Positions 13,109 to 23,477 of a DNA stretch of 64,000 bases are shown here, piece after piece; the stretch's first letter is position 1; each line of letters starts with the position of its first letter. The translations under genes and the position numbers were made by a program. Source of the stretch: an uncultured Pseudomonadota bacterium (GTDB lineage Bacteria; Myxococcota_A; Polyangia; Fen-1088); contig CAVQDT010000006.1 of assembly GCA_963711305.1 (NCBI GenBank), positions 717,917 through 781,916 of the forward strand, in the 5' to 3' direction. The notes under the pieces are model-generated. The model was not told the origin of the DNA. It saw nothing but the letters and a program-made list of their open reading frames with translations, and did not search any database.

Positions 13109-13336
13109 GTGGAGATCCCCTGTAGCCAAGTGCCTCTATTGGAGGCGTCGTGACAAAGTGAAGCGCCCCATGCAGAGCGCACCCGCCCTCACAGTACCTG
13201 GGTTTTTCGAGCAAGTCTTCTTGCCTGAACTTCGCGAAACGCTGGCGCGCCCTGAGCTCGGTTGCCGAGGTCGTACAACGGCGCGCACGGTGCCACCGCC
13301 ACACACGTAGGGCGCCACCGACCCACACGGCCCGGT

Positions 13337-14579
13337 CTACTGCGGGCCGGCGCCGGTCTGAATCGCGTCCTGCAGGCCGTCGAGGCCGTCGAGGGTATAC
13401 GCGTAAGGCGGAGAGGTGAATGGCGTGCCGCCTCCACCGGCGGACATCGTGCCGCTCACCGTCAGGTAGAGGTTGTTGTTGGCCGTGATGAAGGCGGTGG
13501 CCTGGTCGGCGGCGCTATTGAAAACGAAGGGGCTGGCGACGCCGACGAAGACATTGTTCTCGAGGAGGAGCCCCGCCGCCATGCCAGCCCGCACGCAATA
13601 GGAGTCGCCAGTCGCTGAATAGAGATTGTTGAAGAGGTGGTTCTTGCCGTAACGAACGCGCGGCTGCCGCTCCGAGACGTTGTCGGCCCACCAATCGTGA
13701 TGCCAGGTGACGTTCAGCGCGTTGACGTCGATCGGCGAGTTGTCGGTCCCTCCCACCAGGTTGCTGAAGCGGTGACCCGTGCTGCCACGTCGAATCGGAG
13801 CCGATGTTGTCGGTACGCTGGGTGTAGTGAAATTTGGTCCAGGACACCGTGACGAAGTTGGCCCCGGTCGTGATGTCGAGGTTGCCGTCGGTGCCGTCGG
13901 AGATGTCACAGTGGTCGAACCAGATGCGCTGCGCGCCGCCATAGACTGACACCGCATCCAGGCCGGATGAGCAACCGATCGTGGGATCGTAGGTCGGATC
14001 CAGAGCGCAGTCGCCGACGCCAAACCCGACGATCGTGAGGTTGCGGACGATGACGTTCACCGAGCCATTCATCTCGAGGTGCCCGTGCAGCGAGGCTCCG
14101 CACAATCCGATGATGGTCTTGTTCGATCCCACGTAGAATTGTCCGGTCAGTGATCCGGTGACGTAGAGGACGCGCGCGGTGGTGCCGCCCGCGTTGTTGT
14201 TGAAAGCGGCCGTCGTGGTCACGTTCACCGGCGTCGCGTCGCCAGCCCCGGTCGTTCCGCTCGGATTCAGGGCGTGCACGGCGGCCCAACCGACGAGCGG
14301 GCTTGCCGGAGGCGGTGTCGTGCAGGAGACGCCAGCGTCTGCCCCCGCGACACCCGCGATGCCGCCCGTGCCCGCGACGCCGCCGGCTCCCGATTCGCCG
14401 CCGTCACCACCACCCGCCGAACCACCGGTCTGCCCGTCCCCGCCCGCGCCGCGCCCGGCCATGTCGGTCGTTCCCCCGAAGCCCGCGTCAATCGGGTCCG
14501 ACTCGCCGCCCGCCAATCTGCATCCTGCCACCGCCGCGAAACCCGTGAACAAGGCCAGCTGAAGAATGCTCTGCGGCAC
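13337..14579 (-). CDS. Pectate lyase, PL1 family, lipoprotein; one frameshift near 13830
   Basis: Signal MPQSILQLALFTGFAAVAGC, then a Gly-rich linker. PL1 core: NKTIIGLCGASLHGHLEMNGSVNVIVRNLTIVG...DAVSVYGGAQRIWFDHCDISDGTDGNLDITTGANFVTVSWTKFHY, continuing with WHHDWWADNVSERQPRVRYGKNHLFNNLYS in the 13337..14023 frame. Confidence 0.75.
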
Positions 14580-14710
14580 AGCCTTGGAGATTCTCGTCAG
14601 TTCGACCGCCGGTCTGAATGTGAGCGTCGGTGAGCGAACGTCGAGCGGATCGACGCATCGGATCGATCACCTGCGGACCTAGTCCGGCGCAGGACGGTTG
14701 CGACAGGCGG

Positions 14711-16150
14711 TCACACGCGCCGATCGCGAGCATCCAGCTCGTCGAGCGCGGGCTCGAACCAGCGATTCGGCGACGCCGGCAGGCTCGCGGCCGCGATGGC
14801 TTGCCCGTGGCGCTTCTCCTTCTCGCTGGGCATGTGCAGCGAGATGCGCGCCGCCAGCTCGGGGAAATCGGCGCGCAGCACCTGGCGCGCGACGTCGAGC
14901 ATGACCGCGCCGCCCTGGCCGGTGGTTCCGCGCCCGAGCACGAGCACGAACTGGAAGTCGTAGACGCTCGCGAGGTGGGCAACGGCGTAGCCGAGATAGA
15001 CGCCGAAGGTCTGGTAGACGTCGGACGCCCGCGGATCGCCGCGCGCCATCAACGCCTGCAGCTCCTGCAGCTGCGCGGGCAGCGGCGTCGCAGGCGCGAC
15101 CTCGATGTGCGCCGCGGGCAGCAGACGCGGCCCACCGCCTGCTGCGACAGGTACTGCACGCAGCAACCGAGATCGCCGGACCACTCGTCGGCCGGCGCGT
15201 CGGTGCGGTAGTCGATCGGGACGAACGCGATCTCGTTGAGCCAGGGCGTGATGCGTCCGCTCGCCGTGACGTAGCCGCCCGCGGTGCTGGTGCCGAGCGC
15301 GATGCCGAGCACGCCGCCTCCGCGCAGCGACATCGAACCGAGCAGCGCGGTCACGTCGCCGTCGTTGGCGACGTCGAAGGGCACGCCGTTCCATTCGCGC
15401 CGGAGGTCGCGGAAGATGTCGCGCACGCGGCTCTCGAACAGCGCGCGGCGGTACGCCGCGGAACAGCGACGAGAACTTCACCCGGTTGTCGACGTAGACG
15501 CCCGGCCGCGCTGCCGCCGATGGCGTCGACGCGCGGCAGGTGCGCGGCCGCGCGGCGCAGCGAATCCATGATCCCGCTCCAGTGGTAGTCCGGGTCGGGC
15601 TGGTGGTACGGATCCCACTCGGTCTCTTCGCTCCAGACGACGCGTCCGTCGATCAGCGCGGCCACCTTGCGGTCGCTGCCGCCGAGATCGAAGCCGATGC
15701 GACACCCGTCGAGGTGACCGCCCAGGTCGGCGCTGCTCGAGCGTTCGGCAGGGAGGGTCTTCGTCTCCACGATCTCGATCGGGTGGCCGTAGACGCGCTC
15801 GCCCACGATCTCGGAGTCGAAGCGCCCGGTCGCGGTGTCGTGGAAGTGCGCGCGGAGCTCGGCCGACCAGCTCGGCCGGCGCGTCGAGGTGAATGCGGAA
15901 TCCGCCGTGGGCCCAGAGCGCGAGCTTGACCAGGCGCTCGAGCATCCGGAAGTCGTCGACGGCGCCGGCCTCGCCCGCGGGGATCGAGATCCGCGGCGAA
16001 GTGCGAGATGGCGCCGCCGTCCTGCTCGAGCGCGAAGCGGGTCCGCACCGGCCGCCCGGTGTCCCGCGCCCGCTGCTGAAACGCGCGCCAGGCCAGCGCG
16101 GCGGGACGAAACCACGGGTCGACCAGCGGCGCGACCGCCGGCGACGGCAC
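14711..16150 (-). CDS. ASKHA-superfamily sugar kinase (ROK / glucokinase-like) with an N-terminal extension of about 170 aa; several frameshifts; start uncertain
   Basis: Phosphate-1 region IGFDLGGSDRKVAALIDGRVVW. ROK-like central segment FDVANDGDVTALLGS...GVLGIALGTSTAGGYVT...ITPWLNEIAFVP. C-terminal segment YQTFGVYLGYAVAHLASVYDFQFVLVLGRGTTG. The pieces are distributed over the ORFs 15653..16234, 15351..16115, 15049..15426 and 14711..15481. Confidence 0.45.
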
Positions 16151-16537
16151 AGTAAAATGTTGGGCCGCTTCATGACGCCTCACACATAGCAACGTGGGGC
16201 CGGGCCCGCGCTGTTCAAGCTGGCCCGGCGCCAAGCGCGCGGTCGAGCACGGACTGGCTGGTTGGGCTACTGCCGGCGCTCCTCGTCACTGGATTGTGTG
16301 CACCATGCGGCGCACGTCCTCCGCATCTCGGCGGCGGGGCACCAGGCAAAGGAGATCCCGTTCGGACCCGGGACGGCGCCGCCACCCCAGATCACGCTCG
16401 AGCGCCTCGCAAAGCCGGCCGGCGCCAAGCAGGCGAGCCATCGCGGCACGGCCCATCCGGCGTCCTCGCGCTCCGGCTCCGGATCCGCGCCCAAGCGTGG
16501 CTCCAATGATGCGATGATCATTCACTGAGAAATCCCG

Positions 16538-17624
16538 ATGCCCCATCGATTGCCCCCGCTGTCTGTCTTCGCCGTGGCCGCGTCGGCCTGGCTGGTTCTC
16601 ACGACGGGCATTTCCTCCGCCAACGCGGCCGAGGGGAACGGCTCGGCGCAGGAGGAGGCGCTCATCAAGCACGGTCTCGAGCTCCGCGAGAAACGCGACG
16701 ACGGGGGCGCGCTGGCCGAATTCAAACGCGCCTATCAATTGTCCAAGAGCGGGCACGCGCTCGCTCAGGTCGCTCTCGCCGAGCAAGCGCTGGGTCACTG
16801 GGTCGACGCCCAGACCAACCTGACGCAAGCGCTGGAGCGCGCGAATGATCCGTGGATCGCTCGAAACGAAAAGCTGCTCCGGCAGGCTCTCGCCAGCATC
16901 AAAGGTCACACCGGCTCGCTGGAGATCACCGGAGCTGTTCCGGGCGCCGAGCTCCTGATCAACGACGAGAAGGTCGGAACCTTCCCGACGCCCGCGGTCC
17001 TGGTCCCGGCGGGCAGCGTCGCTCTCGAGGTCCGGGCGCCCGGCTACTTGCCCGTTGTCCGCACTGTTCTGGTTCCCGCGCGGGGGCTAGCCCGCGAACG
17101 GGTCGTTCTGGTCGCTGCTCCTGCCGCCGCGACGATCGAGCCCGCGCAACCGAGGGAGACGCCGGCGAACCCGACGACCCTCGCCGTGTCGCCTTCCATC
17201 TCGACGACGACGCCGACGATCTCCGCAAGCGCCGCTCCCGCGGAGTCCGGCGCCGGCTGGAGCAACCGCAAGAAGGTGGGCGCCGGCATCGCGGCCGGCG
17301 GCGCGGCGAGCTTGGCGGTCGGCATCGCTTTTCAGATCGTCCGAGAGCAGAAGGCCGGCGCGTTCAACGACGACCACTGCGGCGTGACCGGAAGCTTGCC
17401 GACCGGGCCCATCGATTGCCGTTCCCGCTACGACGGCGTCCAGAGCGCCGAGAAGCTCGCGCTCGCGGGCTTCATCGGCGCCGCTGTGCTGGGCGGCGTG
17501 GGAACGATACTTGTTTCTCAGCGGCGGCAACGCCCCGGGCGACGGCGCGACAGCCAGCGCCTCTCGCGGCCTGGAGTGCGTCCCGACCGCGGGATGGGGC
17601 GTGGTCTGCGCGGCCCGATTCTGA
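16538..17624 (+). CDS. Exported TPR / PEGA-like-domain protein with one transmembrane segment; frameshift near 17510
   Basis: Signal MPHRLPPLSVFAVAASAWLVLTTGISSANA. TPR-like EFKRAYQLSKSGHALAQVALAEQALGHW. PEGA-like GSLEITGAVPGAELLINDEKVGTFPTPAVLVPAGSVALEVRAPGYLPVV. TM segment VGAGIAAGGAASLAVGIAFQIV. The re-framed C-terminus is ...FLSGGNAPGDGATASASRGLECVPTAGWGVVCAARF followed by a stop. Confidence 0.5.
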
Positions 17625-17642
17625 GAAGCGACGGACGCTGGA

Positions 17643-18608
17643 TCAGAGCGGCGTCGTCGACAGCGCGAGCCGCATGAGCTCGGCAGCGCCGAGCGCGCGC
17701 GTCCAGATGGCAACCTCGTCGACTTTGCCGATGAACTCTTGCCCGGCAGACGGCGGGGTCCCCGCCGGCATGCAGCCCACGTGCACCGGCGTCTGGAAGA
17801 CCGGCACGCTGGTGGCGGCTTCGTTGAATTCTCCATCGAGCGCGCCGTTGACGTACAGGCGCACGCGCTGGGCCGCCGGGAGCGTGCCATCGAAGACCAG
17901 CGCCACGTGGTACCAGAAGTTGGCATTGAGGGTCTGGCTGCCGTTGAACCGATCGTTCCCGATGTCCGTGTACAGGTGATAGTTGACGTCGAGGTTGTTC
18001 CAGACGAACAGCGTATAGGAGCTGTCCGACAAGTAGTCCGCTCGCTTGCCGACGATCCCATTGGACGCGGGACTGAACCCGGTCGGAAAGATCCAGGCCG
18101 CCACCGTCAGCTGCGTCGTCGCTTGCAAGCTCGAATCATCGGACACTTCGACGCAGCCGCCGCTGTCGACGAACATCCCGGCCCGCCCGTAGTGGCCGGC
18201 GGTGGTCGTGTTCGGCAGGGTGTCCGCCGCGCTGACCGCCCTCACCGCCGTGCCGTTGTTGTGGCGACAGCTGTCGATGACCTCGCCGGAGCTCCCGTTC
18301 CACGACGCCTCGTCCATATGCATGATGAGCGCGCATCCTGCCGATGACGATCCGCCCGCGCCGCCCATGCCCGCGCCGCCCATGCCCGCGCCGCCCGTCC
18401 CTGCGCCGCCCGCCCCTGTGCCGCCCGCCCCTCGCATCCCTCCATTTCCCGACATGCCGCCGTGGTCCGTGGACGAGTCGGGCAGCGATGCACCTCCCGC
18501 TCCCCCGTCCTGGCTCGCGGGATTGAGCCGCGTACAGCTGGCGGCCGTCAAAAGGCAGAGCGAAGCGGTGAGAACGATCGAGCGGTGGCTCATTGCGTGC
18601 GCTTCCAT
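17643..18608 (-). CDS. LamG / concanavalin-A-like lectin domain lipoprotein
   Basis: Start MEAHAMSHRSIVLTASLCLLTAASC (or the second ATG at 18593). A G/A/M-rich linker precedes the LamG core: LTVAAWIFPTGFSPASNGIVGKRADYLSDSSYTLFVWNN...WYHVALVFDGTLPAAQRVRLYVNGALDGEF...VHVGCMPAG. Confidence 0.6.
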   Translation of the reverse strand: MEAHAMSHRSIVLTASLCLLTAASCTRLNPASQDGGAGGASLPDSSTDHGGMSGNGGMRGAGGTGAGGAGTGGAGMGGAGMGGAGGSSSAGCALIMHMDEASWNGSSGEVIDSCRHNNGTAVRAVSAADTLPNTTTAGHYGRAGMFVDSGGCVEVSDDSSLQATTQLTVAAWIFPTGFSPASNGIVGKRADYLSDSSYTLFVWNNLDVNYHLYTDIGNDRFNGSQTLNANFWYHVALVFDGTLPAAQRVRLYVNGALDGEFNEAATSVPVFQTPVHVGCMPAGTPPSAGQEFIGKVDEVAIWTRALGAAELMRLALSTTPL

Positions 18609-18738
18609 TGTCACACGAACCGGCGCCAGCGAGAACGCCCGCGGAAAGTAGGTGACCGCGGCACGGAAACGACCCAACAAGGTCACGTGCCCGCATTGAT
18701 CGCGGGAAAGATTCCGGCCCTCGCACGTTTGTGGGGGC

Positions 18739-20163
18739 GTGATCACCACGTCGCCAGGCACGACCGGAGCCGCCGCGGTCGCAGCCCCGGGAGAGGGCGC
18801 CGACGCGCCCGCGCGCCCGACGCCGACGCGCGGGTCTTGGCTCGGGCGCGCGCTCAAGTACGCCAGCACGGCGGCGTCGCTCGTCGCAATCCTGGTCGGT
18901 GTCTGGATCAGGTTGGAGCAGGGCCACATCGAGGAGCGCCAGAAGGAGCGCGAAAAGCGGATCACCGCGGAGCACATGACCGTGGAGTTCACGGACAAGA
19001 TCTTCGGCCACCTCGGCGACCTGGCGATCGTCGATCGAAAGCAGCGCGAGTCGGTCGTGATTGATCTGCTGGGCATGGTCACGGAGGCGCGCACGAGCCA
19101 GAGCGGCGAGGGTGGGGATGCCGAGCACCTGCGCACGCTGCCCCTGCGCCTGGCCCTGGTGGCCGGCAACGACGAGAGCCTCGCCGAGCTGGGCGGTGTG
19201 CCCGACCTGTATCGGGCCTGGATGGACTACGCGAAGCTGAGCGGCAACGAGTCGATCCGGGTCACAGCGCTGCGCGCGCTGAACCATATTTGCCTGGCCA
19301 GCAGCAGCACCAGCGCCGCAGGGCCGCAACTCGCAGGCGGCGAGCGCGGCGAGCCTCTGCTCGGCTATGTCGGGGACGTGCTGGCGCTGTCAGACGACCT
19401 GCGGACGGATGTCTCGGAAGTAAGGGAAGCGTCGGTCACAGTGCTGCAGACGATCCTTCGGGTGATGGCCCGCGACCCCCTCAGGTACCGGAACACGCCG
19501 GCGCTGGACGGGTTGCGGAGCGCGCTCGCCAACCTCGTCGGGGCTGCGTCGTCCGCCGGCGGGGCGACCAGCGAAGGGACGGTGGTGACGCGCGCGGCTG
19601 GTGCGCTACAGGCCATGACCGACTCGGGTCTGGTGCGCGAGCCGGCCGCCGTCGTGAAGGCCGCGCCCCCGCCGGCTTTGCCGGGACCGCCGGCTCCGAG
19701 CGCGCTCGACAGCTTGGTCGACACGCTCGCCAGCGCCAAGGGCGACGACCGAGCGGCGGCGGCGATGGCCCTGTACGCGTTCAAGCGGCGGGCGCCTCTC
19801 GACGGGCTAGAGCGCGCTCGGCAGCTCGTGGAGGCGCTGGGCGATCCCGATCCCGCCGTCCGCAAGTACGTGGCCGAGTTCCTGATGCGCAACGCGGATC
19901 GCAATATCGTCGACGCCGTTTGGTCGGCGATGAAACCGGTGCTGCAAACTCCCGTCCCGGGTAACCGCCTCTACAACTGCGCGGTCGTGTGCACCACCTG
20001 GACGCGGGTGCTGCCGGGCGATCTGGACGACCTGCGCGAGCGCATGCGTGAGTGGCTCAAGAGGCTGCGCGAGACCATCGGCGACAAGAACGAGTACCGC
20101 CGGACCGCCGCCCTCCTGGAGGAGGCTGACATCCACCGCGGGGCCACGCACGCGCGGCCCTGA
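18739..20163 (+). CDS. Membrane-anchored HEAT/ARM-like repeat protein, hypothetical; intact
   Basis: Uninterrupted 474-aa ORF. It has one TM helix (ASLVAILVGVWI). HEAT-like repeats appear in LVEALGDPDPAVRKYVAEFL and IRVTALRALNHI. Confidence 0.45.
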   Translation: MITTSPGTTGAAAVAAPGEGADAPARPTPTRGSWLGRALKYASTAASLVAILVGVWIRLEQGHIEERQKEREKRITAEHMTVEFTDKIFGHLGDLAIVDRKQRESVVIDLLGMVTEARTSQSGEGGDAEHLRTLPLRLALVAGNDESLAELGGVPDLYRAWMDYAKLSGNESIRVTALRALNHICLASSSTSAAGPQLAGGERGEPLLGYVGDVLALSDDLRTDVSEVREASVTVLQTILRVMARDPLRYRNTPALDGLRSALANLVGAASSAGGATSEGTVVTRAAGALQAMTDSGLVREPAAVVKAAPPPALPGPPAPSALDSLVDTLASAKGDDRAAAAMALYAFKRRAPLDGLERARQLVEALGDPDPAVRKYVAEFLMRNADRNIVDAVWSAMKPVLQTPVPGNRLYNCAVVCTTWTRVLPGDLDDLRERMREWLKRLRETIGDKNEYRRTAALLEEADIHRGATHARP

Positions 20164-20175
20164 CCTTTCGCGCGC

Positions 20176-21654
20176 TCACGACATCCAGTTCGCATCCTTC
20201 TGCGCGGCCCACTTGGTCGTGACCTTCTTGACGTTGCTCCAGAAGTCGACGGCGCTGCGGCCGGTGATGTCGCCCTGGCCGAACTTCGAGTCCTTGGTGC
20301 CGCCGAACGAGAACGGATCGCGCGGGACGGGCACGCCGATGTTCACGCCCAGCATGCCGCTGGTGCTGCGATCGGCGACGCGGCGGGCGACCGAGCCGGT
20401 TTGCGTGAAGATCGCGGTGGCGTTGCCGTAGCGATTCTGTCGTTCGATGGCCAGAGCGTCGTCGAGGGTGCCGACGCGGATGGCGGTCAACACCGGGCCG
20501 AAGAGCTCGGCGGTCGCGCACTCCATGTCGGGGCGCGCGCCGTCGATGACGGTGGGGCCGAGCCAGTTGCCGCCCTCGCACCCGGACGGCGCGGCGGCGC
20601 CGCGGCCGTCGGCCAAGATCTGGGCGCCGTCGGCCTGCGCGCGGTCGATGGCACGCACGAGACGCTCTCGCGCACCGCGATCGATGAGCGCGCCCATCTC
20701 GGGGCCGAGCTTCAACCGTCCGGCCGCCGCGGCGATCTTCGGGATCAACTGGCCGGCGCCGTCCACGGCGACGAGGAGGCTCCCCGCCATGCAGCGCTGG
20801 CCCGCGCACCCGGTGAACGAATCGACGACCGCCTTGATGGTCAGCTCCTCGTCGGCGTCGGGCGCGACGATGAGGATGTTCTTCGCGCCCCCGAGGCAGA
20901 GCGCGCGCTTGCCGTGGGAAGTGGCGCGCACGTAGACGGCCTTCGCGGCCGCCGACGAGCCGACGAACGCGACCGCGGCAAGGTCGGGGTGATCGACCAG
21001 CGCCTCGACGGTCTCGCGCGCGCCGTGGACGATCGAGAATACCCCCGGGGGATACCCGGCCTCGTTCATCAGCGCGCCCAGGCGGCAGGCGGAGAGCGGC
21101 ACCTTCTCGGACGGCTTGAGCACGAAGACGTTGCCGACGGTGAGCGCGATCGGGAACATCCACAGAGGCACCATCGCCGGGAAGTTGAACGGGGTCACGC
21201 CCAGCACGACACCCAGGGGCTCGCGCCGGTACTCGCAGGAGACGCCGCGCGACACTTCGAGCGCGCCGCCGGCGTCGGCGTTCTGCAGGCTGGAAGCGTA
21301 CTCGACGACCTCGACCCCGCGCAGGACCCCGGCGCGCGCCTCGTCGCGGGTCTTGCCCGATTCCGCCGCCACCAGGTTGGCGAGCTCGTCGACGTGGCGA
21401 AGCAGCAGATCGCGGAATCGAAACAGCGGAACGGTGCGCTCTTTGACCGGCGTCGCGCTCCATTGCGGCCACGCGGCGGCGGCGGCGGCGATCGCGGCGT
21501 CGACGTCGCGGGCAGTCGACATTCTGACCGTTCCGATCGCCTGGCCGGTGTACGGGCTCTTGATGTCGAGCGCGGCGCCCTCGGCGACGACGAAACGCCC
21601 CCCGACCAAGTTGTCGGCGGATTGCTTGGATGACGGCAGATCGACGAATGGCAT
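20176..21654 (-). CDS. mmsA: CoA-acylating methylmalonate-/malonate-semialdehyde dehydrogenase
   Basis: Intact 492 aa. It carries ALDH motifs FVLKPSEKVPLS, FTGCAGQRCMAGS and ELFGPVL. The C-terminus VPVPRDPFSFGGTKDSKFGQGDITGRSAVDFWSNVKKVTTKW is typical of MmsA/IolA. Confidence 0.85.
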   Translation of the reverse strand: MPFVDLPSSKQSADNLVGGRFVVAEGAALDIKSPYTGQAIGTVRMSTARDVDAAIAAAAAAWPQWSATPVKERTVPLFRFRDLLLRHVDELANLVAAESGKTRDEARAGVLRGVEVVEYASSLQNADAGGALEVSRGVSCEYRREPLGVVLGVTPFNFPAMVPLWMFPIALTVGNVFVLKPSEKVPLSACRLGALMNEAGYPPGVFSIVHGARETVEALVDHPDLAAVAFVGSSAAAKAVYVRATSHGKRALCLGGAKNILIVAPDADEELTIKAVVDSFTGCAGQRCMAGSLLVAVDGAGQLIPKIAAAAGRLKLGPEMGALIDRGARERLVRAIDRAQADGAQILADGRGAAAPSGCEGGNWLGPTVIDGARPDMECATAELFGPVLTAIRVGTLDDALAIERQNRYGNATAIFTQTGSVARRVADRSTSGMLGVNIGVPVPRDPFSFGGTKDSKFGQGDITGRSAVDFWSNVKKVTTKWAAQKDANWMS

Positions 21655-21696
21655 GCAACACCCCCGTTCGGCTGAGCTGTTCGGCTGAGCTGAGCT

Positions 21697-22488
21697 TCAA
21701 CCTTTGACGGCGCCGGCGGTGAATCCGGCGATGAATCTGTCCACGAACAAGTTGTAGAGGATCGCGATCGGCACGCTGGCGATGAAGCACGCGGCCATCA
21801 GCGATCCCCAGAAGTATACGTCGCCGCGCACGAGGAAGGTGGGCACGCCGACGCTGATCGTGAACTTGTCGGCCGCGGTCATGAAGGTCAGCCCGTATAC
21901 GAACTCCTGCATGACCAGCGTGAAGGTGAAGATCACCACGGTCAGCAGGCCGGCGACCGACACCGGCAGGATGACCTTCACGAAGGCGCCGAAGTGCGAC
22001 AGCCCGTCGATCATCGCCGCCTCCTCGAGGTCGCGGGGCAGCACCTTGAAGAAGCCCATCATCAGCCAGGTGCAGAACGGGACGGTGAAGCTCGGGTAGA
22101 CCAGCACCAGCGACCACAGGGAATCCTGCAGCCCGAGCACGCCGATGATGCGCGAGAGCGGGATGAACAGGACGGTCGGCGGCACGAGGTAGGTCAGGAA
22201 GATGCCGATCGCGAGCCGTTCACCGATGGGTCCGGTCAGGCGGGCCAGGCTGTAGCCCGCGGGCACCGCGAGCAGCAGCGTGATGAGCACGACGATCACG
22301 CCCACGAACAGCGTGTTGCCCGCCCACTGCACGAAGTGGGTGTCGTTGAACAGCATCTGGAGATTCTCCAGCGTCGGCGGGCGATGGAACAGGAAGGGGT
22401 TGTGGTTGGGATCGAGCAGATCGTTGGTCTGCTTGAACATGGTGATCAGCATCCACAGGAACGGGAACGCCGCGAAGCTGACGAACAT
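21697..22488 (-). CDS. Carbohydrate ABC transporter permease (MalG/UgpE type)
   Basis: Intact 263 aa with multiple TM helices and the EAA loop LEEAAMIDGLSHFGAFVKVILPVS. Confidence 0.8.
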   Translation of the reverse strand: MFVSFAAFPFLWMLITMFKQTNDLLDPNHNPFLFHRPPTLENLQMLFNDTHFVQWAGNTLFVGVIVVLITLLLAVPAGYSLARLTGPIGERLAIGIFLTYLVPPTVLFIPLSRIIGVLGLQDSLWSLVLVYPSFTVPFCTWLMMGFFKVLPRDLEEAAMIDGLSHFGAFVKVILPVSVAGLLTVVIFTFTLVMQEFVYGLTFMTAADKFTISVGVPTFLVRGDVYFWGSLMAACFIASVPIAILYNLFVDRFIAGFTAGAVKG

Positions 22489-22573
22489 CGCGATGATGCC
22501 GAAGCTCAGCGTCTTCCGCCCGGCACGCTCGAGCCGCGCGCGCCTGGCCGCTGCTCGCGCGGCTCTCGCCCCA

Positions 22574-23413
22574 TCAGGCCACCTCCGTGCGGCGCGCGAG
22601 GCGCAACATCAGGATGGCCGCCGCCGCCAGCACCGGCAGCAGGAACAGCGCGGTGGCGGCGCCGCCCGCGAGATCGCCGCCGTCGATGCCTTTGAAGAAC
22701 GCCAGGCTGGCCAGCACGTGGGTGCTGTCGTACGGACCTCCGCGCGTGAGCACGTAGATCACGATCATGTCGGTGAACGCGAACACGAACCCGAACAGCA
22801 GCGCGACCAGCTGGATCGGCATGACCAGCGGCAAGGTGATCTGAACCAGGTGGCGGAGCGTCCCGGCGCCGTCGATCTCGGCGGCGTCGTGGATGTCCTG
22901 CGGAATCGACGACAGCCCGCCGAGCAGGATCACCGTCGCCAGCGGCAGCGTGCGCCAGACCTGGACCGTGATGATCGCGGTCATCGCCAGGTGCGGCTGG
23001 CCCAGCCAGATCGGCCATCCGCTGAAACCCAGCCAGCGCAGCGTCCAGTTGATGACGCTGTAGATCGAGTCGAACATCCACAACCAGGCGATGCTCCCCA
23101 GCGACATCGGCGCGACCCACGGCAACAGAATCAGCAGGCGCACCAGCCATTTGCCGCGAAAATCCCGCTGCAGGGTCGTGGCGAGGATGCTCGCGAGGAT
23201 CAGCACCAGGATCTGCGAGGTCGCCGCGAACAGGAAGGTGTTGCCGAGCGCGCGCGGAAACGCAGGGTCGGCGACCGCGCGGCGAAACGTCGCCAGGCCG
23301 ACGAACGACGCGTGCGCCGAGCTGATCGATACGTTGGTGAAGCTGTAGACCACGGCGAGCACGAACGGCAGCCCCACCAGCGCGAAGATGTAGACGATCG
23401 CCGGCGCCAGCAT
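22574..23413 (-). CDS. Carbohydrate ABC transporter permease (MalF/UgpA type); the true start may lie upstream
   Basis: 279 aa with EAA loop HDAAEIDGAGTLRHLVQITLPLV. The in-frame upstream peptide ...APRIADSASWLGRL has no start codon, which suggests a lost start or an N-terminal frameshift. Confidence 0.75.
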   Translation of the reverse strand: MLAPAIVYIFALVGLPFVLAVVYSFTNVSISSAHASFVGLATFRRAVADPAFPRALGNTFLFAATSQILVLILASILATTLQRDFRGKWLVRLLILLPWVAPMSLGSIAWLWMFDSIYSVINWTLRWLGFSGWPIWLGQPHLAMTAIITVQVWRTLPLATVILLGGLSSIPQDIHDAAEIDGAGTLRHLVQITLPLVMPIQLVALLFGFVFAFTDMIVIYVLTRGGPYDSTHVLASLAFFKGIDGGDLAGGAATALFLLPVLAAAAILMLRLARRTEVA

Positions 23414-23477
23414 CAGCCGCCCGAGCCAGCTCGCGCTGTCGGCGATGCGCGGCGCGCGCCGGCGCCGTTCGCGGTCT

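Noticed and set aside
16538-17624. MYXO-CTERM tag on the TPR/PEGA protein (re-framed tail ...GLECVPTAGWGVVCAARF)
   Set aside because: Two Cys are present, but there is no following hydrophobic helix plus Arg cluster, and the protein already has an internal TM segment. Only the PL9-like lyase (49804-51543) shows the complete tag architecture.
20057-22117. A 686-aa ORF on the minus strand in another frame, plus similar long ORFs: 25984..27996 (-), 39947..41335 (-), 45684..47528 (-), 60740..61984 (-), 22280..23566 (+) and 479..1114 (-)
   Set aside because: They are Arg/Ala/Gly/Pro-rich, low-complexity translations typical of stop-poor alternative frames in 70% GC DNA. Each is fully overlapped by a gene with strong family motifs on the other strand or frame (mmsA, the permeases, the propeller protein, the histidine kinase, araB, GH53).
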